A stretch of DNA of 32,000 nt from Kiritimatiella glycovorans (GCF_001017655.1 NZ_CP010904.1:1320001-1352000), one strand, 5' to 3'. Counted from the first letter of the stretch, positions 1 through 8,587 are shown. Notes: a model not told the origin generated them from the sequence alone. Numbers and translations are program-made.

Positions 1-35
1 CCAGGACCGCCCCGGCCGTCTCGCCCGATATTGAA

Positions 36-542
36 GTGACGATCGAGGGCGTGAGGGTCTCCATTGAGAAAAACGATAATGACGCTCGTTTCTGGGATCT
101 GAACTCCAAATACAGTTTCAAGACCGATCGCGACGTCGCCACGCGCCTGATCCGCAAACCGGTTATGGTCGTGCACGTGCTGGCCACGCGCAGGGACGGG
201 ACTTTTGTATTTCTCACCTTTCATGCCGATCAGTTCAACAACTTTATCCCCTCGTCCTATGAAGCGGCCAGAAAGGCTTCCCGGGAGGCGGGGGTTTGTC
301 TCGCCGGCAGTCTGGGCCACGTCGAAGTCGAATCACGACCGGTTAAGACCATGAGGATCCCTGATCACATCGGCCGGATCGTACTCCATCACGCCGAACT
401 GCTGTTCGCGGGCCATCCGATCGCAACCCGGAAGTCGTATGAAGAGGAAAAACGCGCCGAACTGGGGCTTCCCGTTTACTGGTACGATCCGCGGGTGCGT
501 TCGACAGAACTGAACGTGGACGACATCGAGCTGTTCGAGTAA
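36..542 (+). CDS. hypothetical protein (168 aa from GTG; possibly 5'-truncated by the window edge)
   Basis: Only ORF here with coding-like amino-acid composition, unlike the R/P/G-rich antisense frames. The frame has no stop between nt 3 and 36, so the true start may lie upstream of the window. No family recognised by eye. Confidence 0.5.
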   Translation: MTIEGVRVSIEKNDNDARFWDLNSKYSFKTDRDVATRLIRKPVMVVHVLATRRDGTFVFLTFHADQFNNFIPSSYEAARKASREAGVCLAGSLGHVEVESRPVKTMRIPDHIGRIVLHHAELLFAGHPIATRKSYEEEKRAELGLPVYWYDPRVRSTELNVDDIELFE

Positions 543-553
543 GCCGGCCGGGC

Positions 554-1618
554 TCAGTGCCAGCTCATCACCAGTCGGGCGAAATACGAGATGTCCAGTT
601 CGTCGGTATCGGGCGGCGCGCTGCTGTTATATTCATTGGCAATGCCCATCCGCAGCTTCCAGATTTCTGAATCCCCGAGCGGCGTCTCGACACTTGATTC
701 GTGATCAATCCGGTAGTCGCCGAAGTTATCAATCGCCGGCGTATAGGTGACGTCGTTCACCAGGCTGAGCCAGTCGTTGATCTCTGAGCGGTGATGCAGA
801 CCGAAGTCGACGCCGACGGTCTGTTCACTCACCTGATTTTCATACGATTCATGCCGCAGGAGCAGACCGGTACGTCCGCGCAGCTCGTGTTTCGGCCGGC
901 GGACGAAATAGTACCCGTAGCCGGCCGCGGCCACGGTGGAGAGGTCGAGTTTTTCGACGTCGTCTCGTTCGAGCTCGAGCCGGGTGTACCATGAATGCCG
1001 TCTCGCGATGTCGCGCTCGTAATCCATGCTGCCTTTCATTTCGTCCACCGTCTCGTTCCCCTCGTCCTCGACCCTTTGGAAAGAAGCACGGAATTCGAGC
1101 CGGTCGTCGGGACGGCTGAGGGCCGCCTGCGCGCCCACCTCCGTGCCGAAACGATCCGAGTTTCCGCTCTTGCCGTTCAGATCCCCGTACAGTTCGTACT
1201 CCCATGTTCCGCGGTGCGCTTCGATGCGTCGTTGCAGTTGTTCGACCTCCGGACGGGTTCCGTCCACAGCCCATACGGCGGCGATCTTCTCGGACGTGAG
1301 ATCGAAGGTCCCCAGCGAGGTCTCGATCACGGTTTTGCCGTCTTCGGCCTTCAGCGTGCCGACCAGAGCATGACCGCTCTCCAGGGCCACTTTGCGCGCG
1401 TCGTCCGTGGCGACGGCGGCGACTTTCTCCATCGGCACCGACAATTCGCCGGCGAAGGAGGTGTCGATGATTACGGTCTCCTCTTCAACGCTCCTGATCT
1501 CGCCGACCAGTTTCGACCCGTCCTCGAGTTCGATCGAACCCGCCCGGGCGGATAAGCCCGACATCAGGCCGAGACTGCATACGGAGACGAACAGCATCGT
1601 TAATCGACGTTTTTTCAT
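554..1618 (-). CDS. DUF481 (YdiY-like) outer-membrane beta-barrel protein with signal peptide
   Basis: N-terminal signal peptide MKKRRLTMLFVSVCSLGLMSGLSARA. The C-terminal two thirds show alternating beta-strand patterns and YdiY-like motifs (LNGKSGNS..., AAAGYGYYF, ...NEYNSSAPPDTDELD..., aromatic C-terminus). GGGAGG Shine-Dalgarno sits 5 nt upstream of the ATG at 1618. Confidence 0.65.
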   Translation of the reverse strand: MKKRRLTMLFVSVCSLGLMSGLSARAGSIELEDGSKLVGEIRSVEEETVIIDTSFAGELSVPMEKVAAVATDDARKVALESGHALVGTLKAEDGKTVIETSLGTFDLTSEKIAAVWAVDGTRPEVEQLQRRIEAHRGTWEYELYGDLNGKSGNSDRFGTEVGAQAALSRPDDRLEFRASFQRVEDEGNETVDEMKGSMDYERDIARRHSWYTRLELERDDVEKLDLSTVAAAGYGYYFVRRPKHELRGRTGLLLRHESYENQVSEQTVGVDFGLHHRSEINDWLSLVNDVTYTPAIDNFGDYRIDHESSVETPLGDSEIWKLRMGIANEYNSSAPPDTDELDISYFARLVMSWH

Positions 1619-1687
1619 GAAACCTCCCGGTTCATCACCCGGTTACCGTACCGTGGCATCCTTATATCATCTGCCGCTGATGGAAAA

Positions 1688-2000
1688 AAGGGGAACTACT
1701 GGAATCCTGGCGGCTGCTGTAAAACAGAATCCCTGCCTTCACGCATGGGTTCGGCCTGCGTCTCTTGGGTAGGGCGCGATCTCCGGGTTCTTTTTAGATT
1801 TTTGTGGAACTACTGAAATCGTAGCGGCTGGATTAGAAATCCGCTCGCCTCACAACGTACGCGTACTCGGAGCGCCGAAGGCGCGAGTCCATCCCCCGAT
1901 TCAAGGAATTCGAGCATGAGAACCGCTTCGCTGAATACGAGTACGATATTTCGATATTCCCCCGGGTGTCCCGATGTGGAACTCAGGCGAATAACCCACC
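1688..2000. repeat. Composite intergenic repeat, copy A (modules X1-M1, X2-degenerate M1, M2)
   Basis: M1 (1739-1778, tcacgcatgggttcggcctgcgtctcttgggtagggcgcg) matches 25130-25169 at 37/40 and 25222-25261 at 38/40. M2 (1880-1987, ggcgcgagtccatcccccgattcaaggaattcgag...cccgatgtggaactcagg) matches 25256-25334 at about 95% outside a 21-nt and an 8-nt insertion. Internal 25-mer GGAACTACTGrAATCsTrGCGGCTG occurs at 1692-1716 and 1806-1830 (22/25). Small hairpin GCGCC-gaa-GGCGC at 1872-1884. Confidence 0.85.
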
Positions 2001-2001
2001 A

Positions 2002-2745
2002 TCAGGACGGAGCGTGCAAATCTCTATACTTTGAGGGGGCCGTACCCATAATGCGGCGGAATGTGCGCGAGAGGTGGCTGTGATCGTAAAACCCGCAACT
2101 CATCGCGATATCTGTGATCGTGCGATCAGCATCCTCGAGCATCCGGCAGGCGGCGTTGACCCGGACACGGAGCAGGTACTCACGGGGGGTGGTGCCGAAC
2201 AGCTTTCGGAACCGGCGATCGAACTGACTGGTCGAAAGGCCCGCGATTCCGGCCAGTTCCCTCGTCTTTATCGGCTCCCGGTACCGTTCGTGGATCGCCT
2301 GCACGGCCCGATTGATCTGGTCGTAGGATGCCGGCGTATGGCGCCCTTCGATCTCACGGTGGATGCCCGCCACGCCGATCACCCGACCCCGTCGATCGCG
2401 CACAGGCACTTTGCTGTAAATAATCAGCCGGTCCGACCCCGCCTCCTCGGGCGCGAGCGCGATCGCGTTGATGATCGGCGTGCCGGTCTCCATGACCCGG
2501 CGATCGCCCTCCACATAGGACCGGGCGCGATCTTCGTCCCAGAAGTCGAAATCCGTCCTGCCCAGCGTCTCCTGCTCCGACGCCGCGCGGCAATACTCAC
2601 AGGCGCGGCGGTTGTGCATCACGAATCGTCCTTTACGGTCTTTCATAAAGAAGGCCACATCCGGAAGCAGATCGAGCAGCGCATGAAACGTACGATATCC
2701 GTCCATTCGCCTTATGAAGTCATGTTGTAATTTGTCGGTATTCAT
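2002..2745 (-). CDS. PAS-domain / AraC-family (HTH_18) transcriptional regulator, 247 aa
   Basis: C-terminal AraC HTH (LAGIAGLSTSQFDRRFRKLFGTTPREYLLRVRVNAACRML...ITDIAMSCGFYDHSHLSRTFRR). N-terminal PAS-like sensor (FFMKDRKGRFVMHNRRACEYC...GRTDFDFW...VMETG...YSKVPVRDRRGRVIGVAGI). The start is taken at ATG 2745; the 741-aa track ORF upstream of this is antisense read-through of the URO-D-like gene. Paralog of 13154..13891. Confidence 0.85.
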   Translation of the reverse strand: MNTDKLQHDFIRRMDGYRTFHALLDLLPDVAFFMKDRKGRFVMHNRRACEYCRAASEQETLGRTDFDFWDEDRARSYVEGDRRVMETGTPIINAIALAPEEAGSDRLIIYSKVPVRDRRGRVIGVAGIHREIEGRHTPASYDQINRAVQAIHERYREPIKTRELAGIAGLSTSQFDRRFRKLFGTTPREYLLRVRVNAACRMLEDADRTITDIAMSCGFYDHSHLSRTFRRIMGTAPSKYRDLHAPS

Positions 2746-2817
2746 GCGCGTATTATACACGAATACGGCATACGAATACAAGCCTGCGACACGACGGGAG
2801 TCTAAGTTCGGTCCATA
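2746..2817. promoter_or_regulatory. Divergent promoter/operator region between the PAS-AraC gene and the URO-D-like operon
   Basis: 72-bp AT-richer divergent intergenic region. Direct repeat ACGAATAC at 2759-2766 and 2772-2779 (13-bp spacing), next to the TATTATAC -10-like box at 2751-2758. Confidence 0.35.
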
Positions 2818-4245
2818 ATGGATACACCCAATACACCGGATCCGGCGATTTACGAGGAGCGGCTCAACCGTTACCGCACGGCCATGGCCAATGGCCGGCC
2901 GGATCGAATCCCGATTCGGCCTTTTGCCGCCGAGTTCACGGCGAACGTCGCCGGCATGACCTGCCAGGAGATCACCCAGGATTACGAGAAGGCCTTTGAG
3001 GCCGTCCGGCTCACGGCCCGGGAATTCGACTGGGACGCGATGGGGCCGACCATGGTCTACATCTGGGGCGGTATCCCTCAGATGCTCGGCACGCGTTACT
3101 ATGCGATCCCCGGCGTGGGTCTCCCGCCGGACGTGGGATTTCAGTATCTCGAACCTCCGGGAGACGAGGCCTGGATGCCGCCTGAGGACTATCCGGCCCT
3201 TATCGCGGATCCGACGGCGTATCTGATCGATTCCTGGCTTCCGCGGACCCAGTCCCGCGTCGTCGCCCCGGGCGAACCCGTCACGCGCGAAAACCAGATG
3301 GCCTGGCTCAAGGGCGGCATCGCCATGTCCCAATACTTCAACGCGCTCGGCAGCGCCGTCGAGCGACTGCGCGTGGAATGTGCGATGCCTTCGTCCATCT
3401 GCGGCATTCTGAAGAGTCCGTTCGATATCATCGCCGACAAGTTTCGCGGTTACGTGGGCCTGACTATGGATCTGTTCGAGCGCCCGGACGAGGTCATGGC
3501 GGCCGCGGAGGCGATGATGCCGCACATGCTTTCGGTTGCGATGGCGTCCTCGGACCCCACGGGCACCCTCCCCCTCTCGATCTGGATGCATCGCGGATGC
3601 GTCCCGTTTATTACACCGGAACAGTTCGACCGTTACTATTGGCCGACGCTCAAGCCGATCATCGAGGAACTCTGGGCCGCCGGGCGCCGGACGATTTTCT
3701 ACATGGAAGGCAAGTGGGAACACCACTGGGACGCATTCCTCGAGCTTCCCGAGGGGAGCATTATCGTCCATTGCGACCGCGACGACGTGTTCGCGGCCCA
3801 AAAGAAACTGGGGCACCGTTTTGCAATCAGCGGCGGCATCCCCAATGTGCTGCTCAGTTACGGGAAACCCGACCAGGTGCGCGCCTTCTGCCGCAGGGTC
3901 ATCGATGAGGTGGCCGTCGACGGCGGGTATATCGCGGACGCCGGTGCCATTCTGCAGAACGACGCCTCCATCGAAAACATGCGGGTGATGACCGAGACCT
4001 TCCGCGAGTACGGCGTCTATTCGCAGTCGACGCCGCGGCCGGATGCGCCCGCCTTTTCGCTCAAGACGTCCGATCCGCGGCGCGCCCCGCACCCGGAACG
4101 GCCGACCGGGACGGTCGAACCGTGGGATGATATCAAGCCCACCTTCCCGTCGATCGTCGGCGACGAGGCCCTCGTTAAAACGACGTGGAACGCTTACGAC
4201 GCCTGGGCGAACACGTTTCTCTGGCACATGGTCGTCTCGTTCTAA
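2818..4245 (+). CDS. uroporphyrinogen-decarboxylase (URO-D)-like family protein with about 90-aa C-terminal extension
   Basis: 475-aa ORF. URO-D/MtaA-like TIM-barrel pattern (PIRPFAAEF..., SPFDIIADKFRGYVGLTMDLFERPDEVMAA..., IFYMEGKW..., IIVHCDRDD..., ISGGIPN...). Extra Pro/Arg-rich tail ending WNAYDAWANTFLWHMVVSF. Confidence 0.6.
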   Translation: MDTPNTPDPAIYEERLNRYRTAMANGRPDRIPIRPFAAEFTANVAGMTCQEITQDYEKAFEAVRLTAREFDWDAMGPTMVYIWGGIPQMLGTRYYAIPGVGLPPDVGFQYLEPPGDEAWMPPEDYPALIADPTAYLIDSWLPRTQSRVVAPGEPVTRENQMAWLKGGIAMSQYFNALGSAVERLRVECAMPSSICGILKSPFDIIADKFRGYVGLTMDLFERPDEVMAAAEAMMPHMLSVAMASSDPTGTLPLSIWMHRGCVPFITPEQFDRYYWPTLKPIIEELWAAGRRTIFYMEGKWEHHWDAFLELPEGSIIVHCDRDDVFAAQKKLGHRFAISGGIPNVLLSYGKPDQVRAFCRRVIDEVAVDGGYIADAGAILQNDASIENMRVMTETFREYGVYSQSTPRPDAPAFSLKTSDPRRAPHPERPTGTVEPWDDIKPTFPSIVGDEALVKTTWNAYDAWANTFLWHMVVSF

Positions 4246-4264
4246 CCGCAGGAGGGCCTACCCT

Positions 4265-5437
4265 ATGACCGTTCATGACGTCACGAGACCAGGGTTTCTG
4301 GCAGGGCTTCTCCTGATTTCAGGAAACCCGGTCGCGGCGGATGCGGAGCTTACCTATCGGGAAGCGCGCGCGATGATCATGAGCCATCGGGTGGAGCGCA
4401 TTCCGTCGGTCGATCCCTCGGTCGCTCCGGATGCGGGGTTCGAGGGCTCAGAACAGTACGGCGACTACGAGGGGTCGATCGTCATGGAGGGCGGCGCCCG
4501 GCAGACGGTGGCTGTCCGGATTCAGCATCGGGGCGCAACGCGTGTGGCCCACATCCTTCCCGAGTTTGATCGTCGGGTCGAGCCCCTCGCCGTCTTGTAC
4601 GAATCAGGCACGGGCGACGGGATCGTCTTTACGGGCCGGAGTACCGGCGGCGCGATGCCGGGGGGTTCGTGGTCCCTGACGCTTCGGAACGGTCGGCTGG
4701 AGGGTCAGCTGTCCGCGCGGGATGAGCACGGCCGGCTCGAGGCCGCGCGCGTCATCCGACCCTCCCCCACCCTCGGACTGGCCGCGCCGGAGGGAGCTGA
4801 CGTGCTCCTCGGTCCGGACACCGAAACCTGGCGCGCGAGCTGGTCGGACTTTCCGCACGAACCCGAATCCCCGGACCCATGGGAGCCGGCGGGTCCCGGC
4901 GTCATGCGTATCGTTCCCAAAACCCGCTGGGTCCTTTCGCGCGACCGGTATCGCGACCAGCTCGTGCATCTCGAATTTCGCACCCCGTTCAATCCCGACG
5001 ATACGGGACGGTTCCCCGGCAACAGCGGGATTTATCTGAAGGGGTTTTACGAAATACAGATCCTCGAAAGCTACGCCGTCGAACCCACGTATCAGGATTG
5101 CGGGGCGATCTATCACCATTACGCTCCGCAGATCAATGCCTGTGCCCCGCCGCGTCAGTGGCAAACGTTCGATCTTCTCTTTCGCGATGCCCGATACGAC
5201 CGATGGGGGCGGAAGGTCGAACCCGCCAGGATGACGGTCCTGCACAACGGGCTCCTGGTGCACGACGAGCGTCGCATGACCGGCACCACCGGCGGCAACC
5301 GCCGTGAAGGCGGACCGCACTCCGCCGAGATCTTTTTGCAGAATCACGGTCATCCCGTCGAATTCAGGAATATCTGGGTGATAAAACTCCTCGCCTCAAA
5401 CCCGTCTGCCGGAGACCCCAACACGGAGGAAAAATGA
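4265..5437 (+). CDS. secreted protein with C-terminal DUF1080 (3-keto-disaccharide hydrolase-like, ConA-like) domain
   Basis: Start chosen at ATG 4265, which has AGGAGG 11 nt upstream; the track start at 4043 would overlap the previous gene by 200 nt. Weak signal peptide RPGFLAGLLLISGNPVAADA. DUF1080 signature in the C-terminal third: LVHLEFR...NSGIYLKGFYEIQILES...CGAIY...PPRQWQTFDLLF...LHNGLLVHD...EIFLQNHGHPVEFRNIWV. Confidence 0.8.
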   Translation: MTVHDVTRPGFLAGLLLISGNPVAADAELTYREARAMIMSHRVERIPSVDPSVAPDAGFEGSEQYGDYEGSIVMEGGARQTVAVRIQHRGATRVAHILPEFDRRVEPLAVLYESGTGDGIVFTGRSTGGAMPGGSWSLTLRNGRLEGQLSARDEHGRLEAARVIRPSPTLGLAAPEGADVLLGPDTETWRASWSDFPHEPESPDPWEPAGPGVMRIVPKTRWVLSRDRYRDQLVHLEFRTPFNPDDTGRFPGNSGIYLKGFYEIQILESYAVEPTYQDCGAIYHHYAPQINACAPPRQWQTFDLLFRDARYDRWGRKVEPARMTVLHNGLLVHDERRMTGTTGGNRREGGPHSAEIFLQNHGHPVEFRNIWVIKLLASNPSAGDPNTEEK

Positions 5438-6771
5438 AGAAGAGAAGAACCGGGACCAACGGACTCGCACGCCGGGCCTTTCTACGGAGCGCGGCGGCCC
5501 TGTCCTCTCCGCTTATACTGCCGCGTGGCGTGCGCGGTATGCCCGCACCCTCCAACCGGATTACCGTGGGCTTTATCGGACTCGGCCGGCACGGCTTCGG
5601 CGTAAACCTGAAATCCATGCTCGCCCAGCCGGACATGGAACCGGTCGCGCTGTGCGATGTGGATACCGACTATCTGAAACGGGCTATGGATCACGTGAAG
5701 TCCACGCGGGAGATCACTCTGGACCGGAAGGCGGTCACTACAGACTGGCGCGAGGTTATTGCCCGATCGGATATCGATGCGGTGATGATCTCGACGCCGG
5801 ATCACTGGCATGTACCGATCGCGCTGGCCGCGCTGCGGGCCGGGAAGGATGTCATCTGCGAAAAGCCGACGCTGACCATTGAAGAGGGTCAGGTGCTGCG
5901 CAGGACGGTGCGCGAGTACGGCCGCGTGTTCCAAGGTTCGATGGAGGACCGCGCCATGCCGATGTACCACCGCATGGCCGAGCTGGTCCGCAACGGCCAT
6001 ATCGGCAAGCTCCGGCACATCGGGATCACGGTGCCGGGCGCGCCGTGGTCGGAAACCCCACCCCGGGGACAGCCGCCCCAGTTCGAGGTGAAGTCCGTTC
6101 CTGTTCCGGCCACGCTCGACTACGACATGTGGCTCGGTCCCGCGCCCGAAGCCCCCTATCAGCCCGAGCGCGTCCATTACATGAATCCCGCCGGAGGATG
6201 GCGCTTCATCCGCGATTATTCCGGGGGGATGCTCAGCGACTGGGGTGTTCACATGGGGGATACCGCACAGTGGGCCAGCAACACGGAATCGACCGGTCCG
6301 ATCGACGTCTCCGGCCGGGGCTATTTCTTCAGGGACGGGCTCTACAACACGGCCCATCAGTTCCAGGTCCGCTACCGGTATGCCGAAGGCTTCGATATGA
6401 CGATCGAGTCCGGAGGGACCGGAATTCGGTTTGAGGGCACCGATGGTTGGCTGGAAGTTTCGGCCTGGGCCCGCCCGATTCAGGCATCGGATCCCACGGT
6501 CCTGCGCCATATCACCGGTCCGAACGAGGTCCGCCTCTACACGGATTACAGCCGCGAGCACCGCAATTTTCTCGATTGCGTCAAGTCCAGGCGCGATCCC
6601 TACTTTCCGGTCGAGGCCCTTCACCGGGTCAGCACCATCGTTCACCTGGGCAACATCGCCCTCCAGCTCGAGCGGCCGCTGACATGGGATCCGCAGCAGG
6701 AGCGTTTTCCCGACGATGCCCGGGCCTGCTCGATGATGTCGCGCGAAATGCGCGCCCCTTGGACCCTGTAA
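5434..6771 (+). CDS. Gfo/Idh/MocA-family oxidoreductase with twin-arginine (Tat) signal
   Basis: Tat motif ARRAFLRSAAALSSP. Rossmann ITVGFIGLGRHG. Family motif ICEKPTLTIEEG. The ATGA start/stop overlaps the preceding DUF1080 gene, and a GGAGGA RBS is present. Confidence 0.9.
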   Translation: MKKRRTGTNGLARRAFLRSAAALSSPLILPRGVRGMPAPSNRITVGFIGLGRHGFGVNLKSMLAQPDMEPVALCDVDTDYLKRAMDHVKSTREITLDRKAVTTDWREVIARSDIDAVMISTPDHWHVPIALAALRAGKDVICEKPTLTIEEGQVLRRTVREYGRVFQGSMEDRAMPMYHRMAELVRNGHIGKLRHIGITVPGAPWSETPPRGQPPQFEVKSVPVPATLDYDMWLGPAPEAPYQPERVHYMNPAGGWRFIRDYSGGMLSDWGVHMGDTAQWASNTESTGPIDVSGRGYFFRDGLYNTAHQFQVRYRYAEGFDMTIESGGTGIRFEGTDGWLEVSAWARPIQASDPTVLRHITGPNEVRLYTDYSREHRNFLDCVKSRRDPYFPVEALHRVSTIVHLGNIALQLERPLTWDPQQERFPDDARACSMMSREMRAPWTL

Positions 6772-6799
6772 TTCTCTTAGCGTAGAAAAGGAGTCATTC

Positions 6800-8587
6800 A
6801 TGCACCCCATCGATCGGATCCCAAATCTGTGTCTCACGGTCGTTCTGTCCGTCCTCTTCGGCCTATGCCTCATCCCCTCGAGTCCGGCGGAGTACGCCGC
6901 CGACCCCGCGGCGCAGCTCATCGAACGGGGACATCGCGGCGCGTTGAGCGATACGGACTGGATCGAGGCTCTTCAAGCGAAGGACCCGCTTATCTGCGAG
7001 GCGGCCCTCTCCCTCGCCCTCCGCGGCGGGGAGCGCGAGGTGTTCCTGCCCACGGCGAAAGACATGGCTTCGCTCACGCCCGAGGTTCGAACCCGGCTGA
7101 TCTCGGTGCTGGGGATGCGGGGAAACGCCGCGGCCCTTCCCGCTATCCGTCCGTCGCTTCAGGCCGACCACGCCGCGGAGCGCATCGCCGCCGTCCGCAC
7201 GCTGGGCGAGCTGAAAGATACCGCCTCGAAAGGTCGCCTCATCGAACTGGCGGTAAGCGAAGATCCGGCCGCGGAGGCCGCGCGTGAAGCGCTCTCACGC
7301 ATACCCGGCTCCGATATTGACGAGACCCTGAGAGTCCTGTTTGTGAACGGACCCGAGACTCGTCGCATCCGGGCCCTGAAGACGCTCGTCCTGCGGGGGT
7401 GCCGCACCGTGGTGCCCACCCTGCTCTCGTCGGAGTGGATGGAAGGCGAGGCGCGGATTTCCGCGGCGGCGGAGGCCCTCGCCGCCCTGGGGACGGACCG
7501 TGAATTCGGCGAGATCCTCGAATACGCCCTGGGCCTGCCCGGCTCGTCCGGAAAGGATCTCCAGGATCCCCTCGCACGGATTATTCTTACGTCCGCGGAT
7601 CCTCATGCCCTGCTGGACACGCTCAAAAACCGGATCGCCCGCGAGGATGTCGAAACCCGGATCTCCTATATCGGCTTTCTCAGCCGGGCCCAGTGCGAGG
7701 CGACGATCGAGCTGCTCGCGGAGTATGCCCGCGGCGACCATCCCGACCTCGCGCAAAGGGCCGTGCGAACCCTGGCCGCGTGGGACGATACGGGAAGTGT
7801 CGACCTTCTTTTCGAACTCGCCGATTCCTCCGACGCGGTCCTGAGGCGATCGTCGCTCGAAGCGCTGTCCATTCTCGTGAACAGGCGGAAGATCCGAAAC
7901 GGCGCGTGGATCAACCGCATCAACGAAGCGCTCGCGGAAGAGACCCGGGCCGAAAGCCGCGCCGCCGATTCGCCCGGCCATACAGAGGCGGCCAACCCCG
8001 CCGATGACCGCGAGCCTTCCGAGGCCGACGCGGGCACATGGGTTCCGCTGTTCAATGGAGAGAATCTCGACGGATGGCACGCCCTGCCCGGCGGGACGTG
8101 GTTCGTTCTCGATGGACAGATCATCGGGATCGGGACGCATGAATCCAAATCTCACGCGTTGTTGATCAGTGATAAACGATATCGCGATTTTCACCTCCGC
8201 GTGGAATTCATGTCCGTACTCGGCAACAGCGGCCTCTACTTTCGTACCGAGCGGGTCGACCACCCGGTCGCGGTCAAGGGCTTTCAGGCCGAGATCTGTC
8301 CCGCGGGGTTCCCGGTCGGAGGTCTCTATGAAACACTCGGGCGCGCATGGGTCGCCCATTCCGACCGGGAAGAGGTCAATGCCGTCTTCAAAAAATACGA
8401 CTGGAATGTCATGGAAGTCCGCGCCGTCGGGGGCGATATCCAGGTCGTGCTCAACGGCAAAAAGGTTTGCGAAGTGAAGGACGATCCCGGGCTGCCGGAG
8501 GGGTATATCGGTCTTCAACTGCACGGAAACGCGGATCTCGATGTCCGGTTCCGCACGATCGAGATTATGGAAATCCCGCAATCATAA
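6800..8587 (+). CDS. secreted HEAT-repeat protein fused to C-terminal DUF1080 domain
   Basis: Signal-peptide-like N-terminus (LCLTVVLSVLFGLCLIPSSPA). About 380 aa of HEAT/PBS-lyase-like repeats (...VLGMRGNAAALPAIRPSLQADHAAERIAAVRTLGELKD...). C-terminal DUF1080: WVPLFNGENLDGWH...FHLRVEF...GNSGLYFRT...GFQAEI...DWNVMEVRAVGGDIQVVLNGKKV...GYIGLQLHG...VRFRTIEI. AAGGAG RBS. Confidence 0.85.
   Translation: MHPIDRIPNLCLTVVLSVLFGLCLIPSSPAEYAADPAAQLIERGHRGALSDTDWIEALQAKDPLICEAALSLALRGGEREVFLPTAKDMASLTPEVRTRLISVLGMRGNAAALPAIRPSLQADHAAERIAAVRTLGELKDTASKGRLIELAVSEDPAAEAAREALSRIPGSDIDETLRVLFVNGPETRRIRALKTLVLRGCRTVVPTLLSSEWMEGEARISAAAEALAALGTDREFGEILEYALGLPGSSGKDLQDPLARIILTSADPHALLDTLKNRIAREDVETRISYIGFLSRAQCEATIELLAEYARGDHPDLAQRAVRTLAAWDDTGSVDLLFELADSSDAVLRRSSLEALSILVNRRKIRNGAWINRINEALAEETRAESRAADSPGHTEAANPADDREPSEADAGTWVPLFNGENLDGWHALPGGTWFVLDGQIIGIGTHESKSHALLISDKRYRDFHLRVEFMSVLGNSGLYFRTERVDHPVAVKGFQAEICPAGFPVGGLYETLGRAWVAHSDREEVNAVFKKYDWNVMEVRAVGGDIQVVLNGKKVCEVKDDPGLPEGYIGLQLHGNADLDVRFRTIEIMEIPQS

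Noticed and set aside
2746-4227. Upstream 494 codons of the 741-aa minus-strand track ORF 2002..4227
   Set aside because: Only the last 247 aa (from ATG 2745) look like a real PAS-AraC protein. The upstream part is R/G/P/H-rich, lies exactly antisense to the well-supported URO-D-like gene, and crosses an AT-rich promoter region. This is a typical high-GC antisense read-through.
4043-4264. Longer 464-aa version of the DUF1080 protein starting at 4043
   Set aside because: It would overlap the URO-D-like gene by ~200 nt with Arg/Ser/Pro-rich sequence. ATG 4265 has a perfect AGGAGG RBS and is followed by a signal-peptide-like segment.
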